A DNA stretch of 64,000 nucleotides, taken from NCBI GenBank assembly GCA_032718475.1, contig JAUCBJ010006256.1, positions 9,229-73,228 on the forward strand. Direction: 5' to 3'. The translations under genes and the position numbers were made by a program. Of the stretch, positions 38,978 through 50,884 are shown piece after piece; within the stretch, counting starts at the first letter, position 1, and the number at the start of each line of letters is the position of its first letter. Source of the stretch: Nemertoderma westbladi (taxonomy: Eukaryota > Animalia > Xenacoelomorpha). The notes beneath the pieces are model-generated. The model was not told where the DNA came from. It did not search any database and saw only the letters and a program-made list of their open reading frames with translations.

Positions 38978-39584
38978 GTTAAATGGTAGAAATGGTCAAC
39001 AAAATTCTTGTAATAATATCAATAATCTAAAAAAACTATTACGGTGGTGGGATAAATTATTTTAGGAGGATTTTTTTTTTGGCAATATCACTGAAATTAT
39101 ATTATTAGATTAAAATGGCTATGGGTAAGTGATTACTGCAATAATATCAGTATTCTGTCTGGTCAAATCGAGGCATAACAGTGCAGTAGTGGTGGGTTTT
39201 TTTTTGTAATGACAGGAGGAAAATGGCGGTTTTAAATAGTAGTACAGGCTCGACAGCCTATGACCCTGTAGGCATTTTTTATATGATGGAGCTACCCCAC
39301 AAAGATTCTTAGTTCGGATATGGGACATTTGGGTAGACTTCACCAAACGGTTGCGCTGGTTTTTTGCAGGGTCTTAAACATAACAACTGAGGAAATTACC
39401 ATAGCAACAGCTCTTATAGTAGATAATGACGAGTTAAAATATATGGAAGATCACTATTTTGAATGCTACCATTCTGCTACCACTATGGCAGCAATGTGGT
39501 ACTACCTGGTACGAGGTACTACTTGGTTAGCCCAGTAGGGCAGGCCCAATACGCACCAGTATCCTATTCATTATTTAGTTAATC

Positions 39585-41020
39585 AAGAGTGGGTTGGTTT
39601 TAGCCCCATCAACTAAATAAGTCATCGAAGGCTATAGCATCTAGGGCACCATTGAAGGAAAGGCTAGAGTACGCATCTGCAATAGAGATGATATATGCCA
39701 CGCTCTGTCTATAGTGGATGCTCCTCTGCCAGTGCTAGCTCAGGAGGCACACTTGGTTCAGGTTGTAACAAAAGGACCCCTAGAGTCGGCAGCAAGGCTG
39801 TAGGCCATGGATAGACTGAAGGTAATCAACTAATGGCTAGACATGCTGACAAGGTCGGTGGAAGGTAATCATCCAACGGCGACCTACTGTGAAGATGCTT
39901 ATAGGAGTTGTGACCACAAGTGGTTTACTCTCGCAACTGAAAGATATGAGTATGAGAACCCTCCAGGAGAAATACCAGCTCAGTCGTTGCCCGGGTCAAC
40001 AAGGACCGTGTCCCTCAGTGGTACACCAGGCTGGGGTCGATAATTCGGCTACTGGAACAGAAGACAGAGAAGAAAGAAGAACCAACCTGTTGAAATGTAA
40101 AACGACACTCAAGATTGCTACAATGAATGCACGAAAGCACATAACAAACAGGGTGACATGGTCGCTCTGGCAATGGAATATAACATCGACATCATTTGCA
40201 TCCAAGAACATCGGATTTGTCATGAAGACACTGCCATGAAGTACAATGACATTGGAAATGGATGGACGTTAGTATCAAGCTCAGCAGAAAGAAACTCGGC
40301 CAATGCATCAATTGGTGGAGTAGGAATTCTGCTAAGCCCTTTTGCACTTAAGACCCTAAACAAGATCGAATCTATAAATTCCAGAATTATGATCGCAACA
40401 TTTGATGGGAATCCCAAGACAACAGTTATATGTTGCTACAGTCCAACCAATGCCTCAGAGCCAGAATCAGCAGTCAAGTTTTATGAAGATCTGACTGGAC
40501 TTATAAAGGACATTCCAAACATAATGTTAAAGTCATTGCTGGTGACCTGAATGCGCAAATTGGCCCAGAAGACATCAAGGGTTACACCTATAACACCAGT
40601 TCTAACAGAAATGGGTACTTACTTTTAGACCTAATGGAAGAATGTGAATTGATACCAACAAACACCACATTCGAAGAGAGTAAGGTGAAGCTATGGACCT
40701 TTCAATATCCTAATGGAACTAAAGCACAACTGGATTACATCCTTATAAACAAAAAGTGGAGAAACAGCATGATCAACTGCGAGGCATACAGCTCGTTCAA
40801 CCTGATTAGTTCGGCTCAGTTTGAGAGCCAGCAAACCCAGGACAAGCAAGCAAATCAACTATGACTGGGAGAAACTCAGAACTGACAATGCTGTAAAGGA
40901 TGCTTATACAGTAGAAGTTCAAAATCGCTTTGAAGCACTTCAGTCAAATGGATGAAGACCAGTCCACCGATTCAATATACCAGAATATAATAAAAGCCCC
41001 CAAGGAATCAGCTAAGACGC
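39585..41020 (+). mobile_element. RTE-clade LINE 5' portion (5' UTR plus AP endonuclease), 3'-truncated
   Basis: LKIATMNAR, IDIICIQEHR, GGVGILLSP, VICCYSPTN, AGDLNAQIG, WTF...AQLDYILINKKW; frameshifts; 5' boundary approximate. Confidence 0.9.
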
Positions 41021-41023
41021 ATG

Positions 41024-43525
41024 CATATTTTTTGTTACACTTCAACACCCTGATTCCGACCCTGATATTTTCAAAATATTTTGCTGGTGCCTTTTTCTTA
41101 AAATTACTAAATAAATTAGTAATACTATTTATAATAATGCTATATATATTATAAAAACATAGCATTTTTCGAGAAAAATCTATCAACCTGATTCCGATTC
41201 TGTTAATTGTCTTCAGAGTCTTCACTGTTATCAGTGTCTTTTAGAGTAATTAATTAAATTAAATATTAAATATATTAATATTATATTAGCAAATCAGTGT
41301 CTTTTAGAGTAATTAATTAAATTAAATATTAAATATATTAATATTATATTATCAAAATGGGTAATATATTTAATTGTAGTGAATATCCACTTACCGTACT
41401 GCTATTGCATTGATATTAGTATCATTCGAACCGCAATGGTCGATTTAGTGGGGGTAGACACCATCAAAACAATGGTCGAGTTGTTGCTTCTCGGGATATC
41501 GGTCAAAATGTGAGCGCGATTCACATAAATGAGCACATAACTTCAGCAATTTAATATCAATATATCACGATATCACTAAAAATATCAATTTTTTTATACT
41601 ACTATTGCTTTGATGGAGTCTACAACTACTACTTCGACCATTGCGGTTCAAATAAGCATATTCCCTAAGTCTGTTATTTATGTGGAAGTCTGATTTTTAG
41701 TGATATGGTGATATATTGCATTAACTTGCTTATACCTTAGTGTAAGTTAAGATAAGTCAGCGCTCACATTTTGACCGATATCTCGAGAAGTACTAACTCT
41801 ACCATTGTTTTGATGATGTCAACACCCACTAAATCCCACCAAATTATACTAATATCAGTGCAATAGGAGTATGAGAAGTTGATATTCACTACATTGAGTA
41901 TTAGGCAGTTCTGCTATATAATATTAATAAATTTAATATTAATTTAGAATATTATTACTCTAAAATACACCGACGAAATATTATAAAATTAAGAGATTCT
42001 GAACCAGGTTAATTAAAAGTCTCGAAAAATGCTATAATTTGGACTGGGCATTTTTTCTAATTTATATAGCATTATTATATATAGTATTACTAATTTATTT
42101 CGTAATTTTAAGAAAAAGACACTGGCAAAAGATTTTGAAAATATCATTTTGGGAATGAGGGCGTTGAAGTGCCCCAAAAAATGAAATCAGTTTGGCCGGG
42201 CATTCTTCTTTTATAAAAAGTTGGTTCAGCCCCTACTACTACTACTACTAGGATCGGCATGCTGCATTGCAGCTGCATTTTTAAGAATGTTGTGCCGGCT
42301 AGTCAACGAAATTTCACCGCCACAACTCCCTATCACCCATGACATTTGCTAGATCATCCGCATCTTCAAGGCCAGTGTCCTTTAAGATGCGTCTCAAGAA
42401 AGTCATGGGCTGTCCACCATGCTTATTCACTCCATGAGGCTGCCAAAGTACAAGATTATGCACTGGCTGGTCATCACGGCGAAAGCAATGTCCTGCAAAG
42501 CGGAGGCGATTTTGTTCTAGTGTCAAGCTTGGGGGAACCAATGAGACACCTCCAATGTTATATAGTGTCTGGTTGGAGATGTGTGCATTCTACTTGACAC
42601 AATGAACCCGGCGTAGCATTCTTGTGAATGTGCCATCCAGAGATTTGGTGTCCACAGCAGTTAGAGCCCAGCATGGAGTCCCGTAGAGGAGTACTGGAAC
42701 TACTGCTGCTCTAAATAATCGGACCTTAAGTTTCCGATTAATTCTCGTTGACTTCCAAATCCTAAAAAGCCTATTCAAGGCTGCCCATGCCTTTCCCTTA
42801 CGTATTCGAAGGTCCTTACCTGACTTCCGGATCCATGATTCCAGGTAACAGAAGTCATCCACATGCTCAAGCCTACCATCTTTTGAGCTTATGCTCATCC
42901 GATCAGAGACTTGCTGAGGACTTTCAAAGTTAACTGTCAAAATTTTGGTCTTTCTGGAGTTAATAAAAAGACCAACACTAGAAGCAGCATGTTCTAATGA
43001 GGTGAGGAGCCGTCCCTCTAGTGATTCTGAAAGTACTCCTAATTCATCAGCAAAGTCTAGATCAGTTAGATACTCGGCAGGATTTCCTCGACTTCTGGAG
43101 CCAGTAGGTGGGGTTATCATCACCCCATCATTATTATGATGATCTAAGGACATGCGTAGAACATAGTCAACAACAATTATGAACAAGAATGGTGCAAGTG
43201 TGTCTCCCTGGAGGACGCCCCATAACACTGCAAATGGTTCTGTGTCACCGTCAACAGTAGACACTAATGTTGTCGAACCATCGTATACTGATCTGATTGC
43301 TGCAATAATTTCATCAGGAATCTATCATTTCATCATGAAAGTATGCTGAACATACGTGAGCGAGAGACTGAATCAAAGGCCTTGAAGAAGTCAACAAAGA
43401 TAACAGCCAGATGCCTGTCTTTCTTTTTTGATAATTCTTCAATTATCCTTCTAAGTGCCAAAATGGGCTCCATGGTACCACGACCTCTACGGAACCCATT
43501 CTCATTTCCACGGAGCCCCACTGTG
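41024..43525. mobile_element. Foldback DNA element (~560-bp inverted arms) with a Transib-like CACAGTG terminus, interrupted by an RTE
   Basis: 41024-41590 is inverted to 41700-42185; removing the RTE restores ...TTGGTTCAGCCCCACTGTG at the right end; left tip missing. Confidence 0.65.
42234..43513 (-). mobile_element. 5'-truncated RTE-clade LINE (RT domain to tail)
   Basis: NGFRRGRGT, FVDFFKAFDSV, GVLQGDTLAPFLF, DLDFADE, VLLYG, RLRFAGHC; (TAG)n tail; 6-bp TSD AGCCCC at 42228-42233 and 43514-43519. Confidence 0.93.
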
Positions 43526-44175
43526 ACATCAGACCCAAAATATTGAAAATTGACGCCTCTTCTACTTTTTTTGCACTTCTACCTGAAATTTTCAAATGTG
43601 AAATTTGTAGTCCTCAAGTAGTTTAATTTAATCATATGGTGATTGTGAAGATTTACTTATAACAATTTTTTGATTGAGGTGATGCATAGGGGTGGCACGA
43701 TTGTAGGGCCTTATCGCCCCTTGCACCTTTATCGCCCTCTGGCCCTTATCGCCCCCTGGGAATTTATCGCCCCTCAAATGGTCCTTTATCGCCCCTTGGG
43801 AACATATCGCCCCTGGGTCTTTATTGCCCCTGGTAACTTATTCCCACTGTGACAAATATGAATTTCGAATGGGAGTAGTGTTGGTATTGGTATTGATTAT
43901 TATGTCATAAGGGTCTCAATCCATATACTGTAGTTAAATTACGAGACAAATGACATACATTGAATTGCCTAAGTAGGCCTACAAACGATATAAATAATAA
44001 CAATATGTTATAAAATATGTTAAAAATAGAGTATTTTAAAATCATTGATAATTAAATTGCATGTATACTGGCATAATTAAAATTTGAATAATATGTACAA
44101 AGGTCGAGTGCAAAATATACGTTAAAATTAATCGAGTTGATTAAAATATGTATAACATTTAGGCTCAGTAAGTTA

Positions 44176-44852
44176 GGGAATGCCTGTACGCTGTCAAGGG
44201 TGATCTTCCACATTAAACCATTCCACTTTGTTTCCTAAAGGAATGCCTGTTCACCACCATGGTTGATCTTCCACAGTAAACCATTCAACTTTGTTTCCTA
44301 AAGGAATGCCTGTTCACCACCATGGGTGATCTTCCACAGTAAACCCTTCCACTTCGTTTCCTAAAGGAATGCCTGTTCACCACCATGGTTGATCTTCCAC
44401 AGTAAACCATTCCACTTTGTTTCCTAAAGGAATGCCTGTTCACCACCATGGGTGATCTTCCACAGTAAAAACCCTTCCACTCTGTTTCATAAAGGAATGT
44501 CTGTTCACCACCATGGGTGATCTTCCACAGTAAACCCTTCCACTCTGTTTCCTAAAGGAATGCCTGTTCACCACCATGGGTGATCTTCCACAGTAAACCC
44601 TTCCACTCTGTTTCCCAAAGGAATGCCTGTTCTCCACAGTGGGTGATCTTCCACAGTAAACCCTTACACTCTGTTTTCCAAATTACCATGGTTCTCATTT
44701 ATCGACCAGAAAGGGATGAAAACCTGGGCAGAGCTAGTCTGCAGCATTTAAAGTCCCGTACCAAAACAGTAAAACAAAATGCGTCGTCCAGGGATCGAAC
44801 CTGGAGCCTCAGAATGAAAGCCGAGATTGTTAACACTAAATCAAGCTGCTGC
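44176..44852 (-). mobile_element. tRNA-derived SINE with Deu/Nin-like core and tandemly expanded 3' region
   Basis: Minus strand: tRNA-like head with B box GGTTCGATCCC (44801-44791); core CCCAGGTTTTCATCCCTTTCTGGTCGATAAATGAGAACC resembles the Deu/Nin domain as I recall it. Confidence 0.7.
44198..44678. repeat. 63-bp tandem repeat, about 7.6 copies
   Basis: GGAATGCCTGTTCACCACCATGG at 44240, 44303, 44366, 44429 and onward. Confidence 0.95.
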
Positions 44853-46604
44853 TTTTTCTATGAATTGAGAATGAAAATATGAATAATATAATTTATAAGT
44901 GTAGGTATCTTCTACCTGAAACTATTTGAGTATAAATATAAATGTAAACTATAACTACAGTAAAGTATGTGACTTTTAGGAAGTATGAGAACGTTGGTGG
45001 AAAGTATCCTGTATATATAATGACAGGGGCGATAAAGGACCAGGGGCGATAAAGACTCGGGGGCGATAAAGACCCAGGGGCGATAAGGTCCTGCTTCGGG
45101 TGGTACAGATACACTCACTTTTTTTCAAAAACTGGAAAATTCTGAAAAATTGTCACATATTAACTTTTCAGTTGTCATATTCTAGGTGTTAGATCTATTA
45201 TATCCTTTTAGTTATATATATCCTTGTAGTTTATCTAGTTAATCTTGTTAATGTGAAGTTTTTAACACAACAATTAATTATATGAGTTAAAATATAGGGG
45301 TGGTGCAGTCACAGTTCAGTAGGCCCAATATTGACATAATTGGGATTGGCGAATGGAATCGCAAGTGTAATTATGTAAGTTTATGTTCATTCGTAAGGTG
45401 AAGGGACAAACACATTTTTTTAAGGTATTTGGGATTTGGGAATAAGGTGTTTGGGATTTGTGTTAACGCAAATGTGTTCTTTATGATTTTAGTTTACTTA
45501 TTTTGCTCAATTTAAGTTTAAGTTCCATATTTTATTGATAAGGTTAATTACGTTCTAATATTCTGATTTCTTAGCCAAGAACCGTCAATTGTAACCTGAC
45601 ACCATCTAGCGTCGTTATATATATAGTCAGCTTAGCTTAAATGCCTTATTTGTGATGTCTAGGTGGCGCTACTGCACATTACTTTGGAGGTATAAATGCT
45701 ATGGGTCAAATGCTTTACAACCAATCAGACTATTCCCTTCAACATTAATTGTTTAGTGGAGTCACACTTATACATCTAAATGGTAAAAACCATGGTCAAC
45801 TTTAATTGACTGGTGATTATTACTTGTTTAACTGTCTCTGTTGTCTACAATTAAATTATACATTCGTTTGTTATAATTATTTGTTATAATATTTGATATC
45901 GTACCGGTAAATTCGATTTATTTGCTTCTGTTACTTGATTAATATAATATCGCTGTTACCCTGAGATCAAAGACATTTTCTAGACACCAAACCCAGGTAG
46001 GTCTGAACAATCGTGTCGGACTTATATGTGTTGTCTTACCTCTAACTCAATAAATAATTAATCTATGGCGATATTTCTGACCTGTAATGCAAGCGAAGCC
46101 CTTATTATTTGTAATGAACCAATTTACCTTACCTTATTACCTTACTATTAATGACATCATGATTGAGCGTTACCATAAATTGAATACCGTAGCGATAATA
46201 ATATAAACAGATACAGAATAGTTGCAATACGTTTCCCCTAAAGGGAAACACAATCGCCAGACTTAATAATTAATTAGTCAGACATTTACTTATTGTATTG
46301 TGCCACCACACCCTCCTGGTATTATTATATATTATATTATTATATATATTAGTGAAATATAATAGATGATCAATTACCGTTATAGACTGAGTGAAACATT
46401 GAGCAAATCGATACAATTGTGGGGAAGAGGGAATAAAAGTGATTCACTAGAACGGCCTTCCCTTGAAGGTACACTAGCGCCATTACTGTTTCAGTGTCTC
46501 AGACTGGGTGTTTTACTCGCTTTCTTATGTGCTCTACAAAACAATCAGAGAGATTCAAAATATATAAAATAGGGGTTAAAAACGTCTATTTTGTCAAATG
46601 CGCT

Positions 46605-46740
46605 TTGGAATTTGGGAATAAGGTATTTGGGATTTGGGAATAAGGAATTTGGGATTTGGGAATAAGGTATTTGGGATTTGGAAATAAGGAATTTGGGATT
46701 TGGGAATAAGGTATTTGGGATTTGGGAGTAAGGAATTTGT
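46605..46740. repeat. 22-bp tandem repeat (about 6 copies); related short tract at 45421-45460
   Basis: ATTTGGGATTTGGGAATAAGG(T/A). Confidence 0.9.
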
Positions 46741-47245
46741 GATCTGCTTTGAATTTGTGATTTGCTTTAGAAGATACGCAATGCATATCTCATTAGCGGC
46801 ACTGGCTGTTTCCACTGACGGGGCTCAGTTGAACAAAGCGTCCCTTTATTATTTATTATATAATAATTTCATACACGCCCTGAAGGGTGGTACATAGTAC
46901 ATACATAGCACAACCGGACCAGTAAAGTTTAATACAAGATATAGCGAGTAAGAATATTTTAGGTTATGAAATAACAATATAGTCCAAAATATATTTTAGT
47001 CATCGAAACCTTTTACCTCCATAGTATCGAGGCGCACAATAATTACTTCCTTGCAGAAATGTACTTTCCAGTTACCTTTCTACTTTCCTATAAGAGGAAC
47101 ATAATTTAAACTTTTTACACATTTAGATGTAAGGTCGTCAGTGATATTATATTTATATATATATATAGATATGCGTTCGGGCTGAGTAGTACCGCTAGTA
47201 AGAGAGTTAGAAGTAGTAGAAGGTACGTAGTACCGAGTTAGGCGG

Positions 47246-49983
47246 GTAGTAGAGAGGTTGTGGGCACCGGAAGCGCCACGTAGATAGAGGTAGTAGAGTT
47301 AGTAGAGCAGAGAGAGGTTGTGGGCACTGGAAGCGCCACGTAGATAGAGGTAGTAGAGTTAGTAGAGCAGAGAGAGGTTGTGGGCACCGAAAGCGCCACG
47401 TAGATAGAGGTAGTAGAGTTAGTAGAGCAGAGAGAGGTTGTGGGCACCGGAAGCACCACGTAGATGGAAGTAGTAGTAGAGTGGTTGTGGGCACCGAAAG
47501 CGCCACGTAGATAGAGGTAGTAGAGTTAGTAGAGCAGAGAGAGGTTGTGGGCACCGAAAGCGCCACGTAGATAGAGGTAGTAGAGTTAGTAGAGCAGAGA
47601 GAGGTTGTGGGCACCGAAAGCGCCACGTAGATAGAGGTAGTAGAGTTAGTAGAGCAGAGAGAGGTTGTGGGCACCGGAAGCGCCACGTAGATGGAAGTAG
47701 TAGTAGAGAGGTTGTGGGCACCGGAAGCACCACGTAGATAGAGGTAGTAGAGTTAGTAGAGCAGAGAGAGGTTGTGGGCACTGGAAGCGCCACGTAGATG
47801 GAAGTAGTAGTAGAGAGGTTGTGGGCACCGAAAGCGCCACGTAGATAGAGGTAGTAGAGTTAGTAGAGCAGAGAGAGGTTGTGGGCACTGGAAGCGCCAC
47901 GTAGATAGAGGTAGTAGAGTTAGTAGAGCAGAGAGAGGTTGTGGGCACTGGAAGCGCCACGTAGATAGAGGTAGTAGTAGAGAGGTTGTGGGCACCGAAA
48001 GCGCCACGTAGATAGAGGTAGTAGAGTTAGTAGAGCAGAGAGAGGTTGTGGGCACCGAAAGCGCCACGTAGATAGAGGTAGTAGAGTTAGTAGAGCAGAG
48101 AGAGGTTGTGGGCACCGGAAGCACCACGTAGATGGAAGTAGTAGTAGAGTGGTTGTGGGCACCGAAAGCGCCACGTAGATAGAGGTAGTAGAGTTAGTAG
48201 AGCAGAGAGAGGTTGTGGGCACCGAAAGCGCCACGTAGATAGAGGTAGTAGAGTTAGTAGAGCAGAGAGAGGTTGTGGGCACCGAAAGCGCCACGTAGAT
48301 AGAGGTAGTAGAGTTAGTAGAGCAGAGAGAGGTTGTGGGCACCGGAAGCACCACGTAGATGGAAGTAGTAGTAGAGTGGTTGTGGGCACCGAAAGCGCCA
48401 CGTAGATAGAGGTAGTAGAGTTAGTAGAGCAGAGAGAGGTTGTGGGCACCGGAAGCACCACATAGATGGAAGTAGTAGTAGAGTGGTTGTGGGCACCGAA
48501 AGCGCCACGTAGATAGAGGTAGTAGAGTTAGTAGAGCAGAGAGAGGTTGTGGGCACCGAAAGCGCCACGTAGATAGAGGTAGTAGAGTTAGTAGAGCAGA
48601 GAGAGGTTGTGGGCACCGGAAGCACCACGTAGATGGAAGTAGTAGTAGAGTGGTTGTGGGCACCGAAAGCGCCACGTAGATAGAGGTAGTAGAGTTAGTA
48701 GAGCAGAGAGAGGTTGTGGGCACCGGAAGCACCACATAGATGGAAGTAGTAGTAGAGTGGTTGTGGGCACCGAAAGCGCCACGTAGATAGAGGTAGTAGA
48801 GTTAGTAGAGCAGAGAGAGGTTGTGGGCACCGAAAGCGCCACGTAGATAGAGGTAGTAGAGTTAGTAGAGCAGAGAGAGGTTGTGGGCACCGAAAGCGCC
48901 ACGTAGATAGAGGTAGTAGAGTTAGTAGAGCAGAGAGAGGTTGTGGGCACCGAAAGCGCCACGTAGATAGAGGTAGTAGAGTTAGTAGAGCAGAGAGAGG
49001 TTGTGGGCACCGAAAGCGCCACGTAGATAGAGGTAGTAGAGTTAGTAGAGCAGAGAGAGGTTGTGGGCACCGAAAGCGCCACGTAGATAGAGGTAGTAGA
49101 GTTAGTAGAGCAGAGAGAGGTTGTGGGCACCGAAAGCGCCACGTAGATAGAGGTAGTAGAGTTAGTAGAGCAGAGAGAGGTTGTGGGCACCGAAAGCGCC
49201 ACGTAGATAGAGGTAGTAGAGTTAGTAGAGCAGAGAGAGGTTGTGGGCACCGAAAGCGCCACGTAGATAGAGGTAGTAGAGTTAGTAGAGCAGAGAGAGG
49301 TTGTGGGCACTGGAAGCGCCACGTAGATGGAAGTAGTAGTAGAGAGGTTGTGGGCACCGGAAGCACCACGTAGATAGAGGTAGTAGAGTTAGTAGAGCAG
49401 AGAGAGGTTGTGGGCACTGGAAGCGCCACGTAGATGGAAGTAGTAGTAGAGAGGTTGTGGGCACCGAAAGCGCCACGTAGATAGAGGTAGTAGAGTTAGT
49501 AGAGCAGAGAGAGGTTGTGGGCACTGGAAGCGCCACGTAGATAGAGGTAGTAGAGTTAGTAGAGCAGAGAGAGGTTGTGGGCACTGGAAGCGCCACGTAG
49601 ATGGAAGTAGTAGTAGAGAGGTTGTGGGCACCGGAAGCACCACGTAGATGGAAGTAGTAGTAGAGAGGTTGTGGGCACCGGAAGCGCCACGTAGATAGAG
49701 GTAGTAGAGTTAGTAGAGCAGAGAGAGGTTGTGGGCACTGGAAGCGCCACGTAGATGGAAGTAGTAGTAGAGAGGTTGTGGGCACCGGAAGCGCCACGTA
49801 GATGGAAGTAGTAGTAGAGAGGTTGTGGGCACCGGAAGCACCACGTAGATGGAAGTAGTAGTAGAGAGGTTGTGGGCACCGGAAGCGCCACGTAGATGGA
49901 AGTAGTAGTAGAGAGGTTGTGGGCACCGGAAGCACCACATAGATGGAAGTAGTAGTAGAGAGGTTGTGGGCACCGGAAGCGCC
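47246..49983. repeat. Minisatellite of interleaved 60-bp and 47-bp monomers
   Basis: Core GAGAGGTTGTGGGCACCG(A/G)AAGCGCCACGTAGAT with long or short GA-rich spacer; homogeneous 60-mer block ~48760-49310. Confidence 0.97.
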
Positions 49984-50100
49984 GTGGTACAGGGGATGCA
50001 TTGAACTAAGTGGGGCACGGGCGTGATGACGTGTTTGATGTAAGAGCAGGGTATGTTAATTAGGGTGGGTGCCGGGCACAAGAGGTGCCGGGCACAAGAA

Positions 50101-50255
50101 GTTAGTAGTAGAGTTAGTTGAGTTAGTAAGAGTTAGTAGTAGAGTTAGTTGAGTTAGTAAGAGTTAGTAGTAGAGTTAGTTGAGTTAGTAAGAGTTAGTA
50201 GTAGAGTTAGTTGAGTTAGTAGAGAGTTAGTAGAGTTAGTAAGAGTTAGTAGTAG
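50101..50255. repeat. 31-bp tandem repeat (about 4 copies) and GTTAGTA simple repeats
   Basis: GTTAGTAGTAGAGTTAGTTGAGTTAGTAAGA. Confidence 0.9.
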
Positions 50256-50884
50256 TTCACATAATTAACGTACCCACTTTGCCGGCATTCAGAGCGTCAC
50301 CTGCAGGCGAGGAGACATAAAGGGGGAGTAGAATAGTAGAGACGGGCACATAGGGTGCCAGGTAGTATAGTTAGAGAGTTAGAGGTAGTAGAGTAGTAGA
50401 GAGGGCACATAGGGTGCCAGGTAGTAGAGTAGTAGAGATGGGCACATAGGGTGCCAGATAGTAGAGTGGTTGTGGGCACCGCAAGCGCCACATAGACGGA
50501 AGTTAGTAGTAAGCAGAGTGGTTGTGGGCACCGCAAGCGCCACGTAGAAAGTAGTAAGCGGAGCAGACTTATTTAGAGAGTTCTAGTTAGAGCTAGTAGA
50601 GTTAGTAAGAGAGTTAGATAGTAGGTAGTTAGTAAGCTAGAGAGTTAGAAGATAGTAAGTAGTTAGTAAGTTGGAGAGTTAGATAGTATGATAGCACAGG
50701 GGTAGCACTAGAGATTAGGGCCTTAGGGAGTGGCAGAGAGTAGAGAGGAGATAGTGAGAGGAGCTGTTGGCGAGAGAGAAGTTAGAATGCGATTCAGGTG
50801 CGGGGAGAGAGTAAGAGCGGAGTTAGAGCAGAGTTCGAGCGGAGAAGTTAGAGTGGAGTTAGAGGAGAGTTAGAGTGGAGAGCT

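Larger units (their letters stand above)
43698..45098. mobile_element. MITE with TTTATCGCCCC subterminal repeats, hosting a SINE
   Basis: AGGGCCTTATCGCCCC plus repeats (43705-43830) inverted to GGGGCGATAA repeats ending GGGGCGATAAGGTCCT (45026-45092); imperfect 7-8-bp TSD GGTGGCA / GGTGGTA. Confidence 0.7.

Noticed and set aside
39320-39538. Next exon of the signal-peptide gene via the TTTTGCAG acceptor at ~39369
   Set aside because: Phase-1 splicing meets a stop after two codons, and the open frame is in an incompatible phase
44781-44852. tRNA gene (also considered at 12830-12895)
   Set aside because: No convincing cloverleaf or acceptor stem; context indicates SINE-type heads
47246-49983. 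CRISPR-like look (hairpin repeat plus spacer); also considered for 44198-44678
   Set aside because: The spacers are themselves repeated rather than unique, there are no cas genes, and the context is eukaryotic
47207-50081. Mucin-like Thr/Ser-rich ORFs (VPTTSLCSTNSTTSIY)
   Set aside because: The frame shifts at every 47-bp monomer; no signal peptide or splice structure; minisatellite artefact
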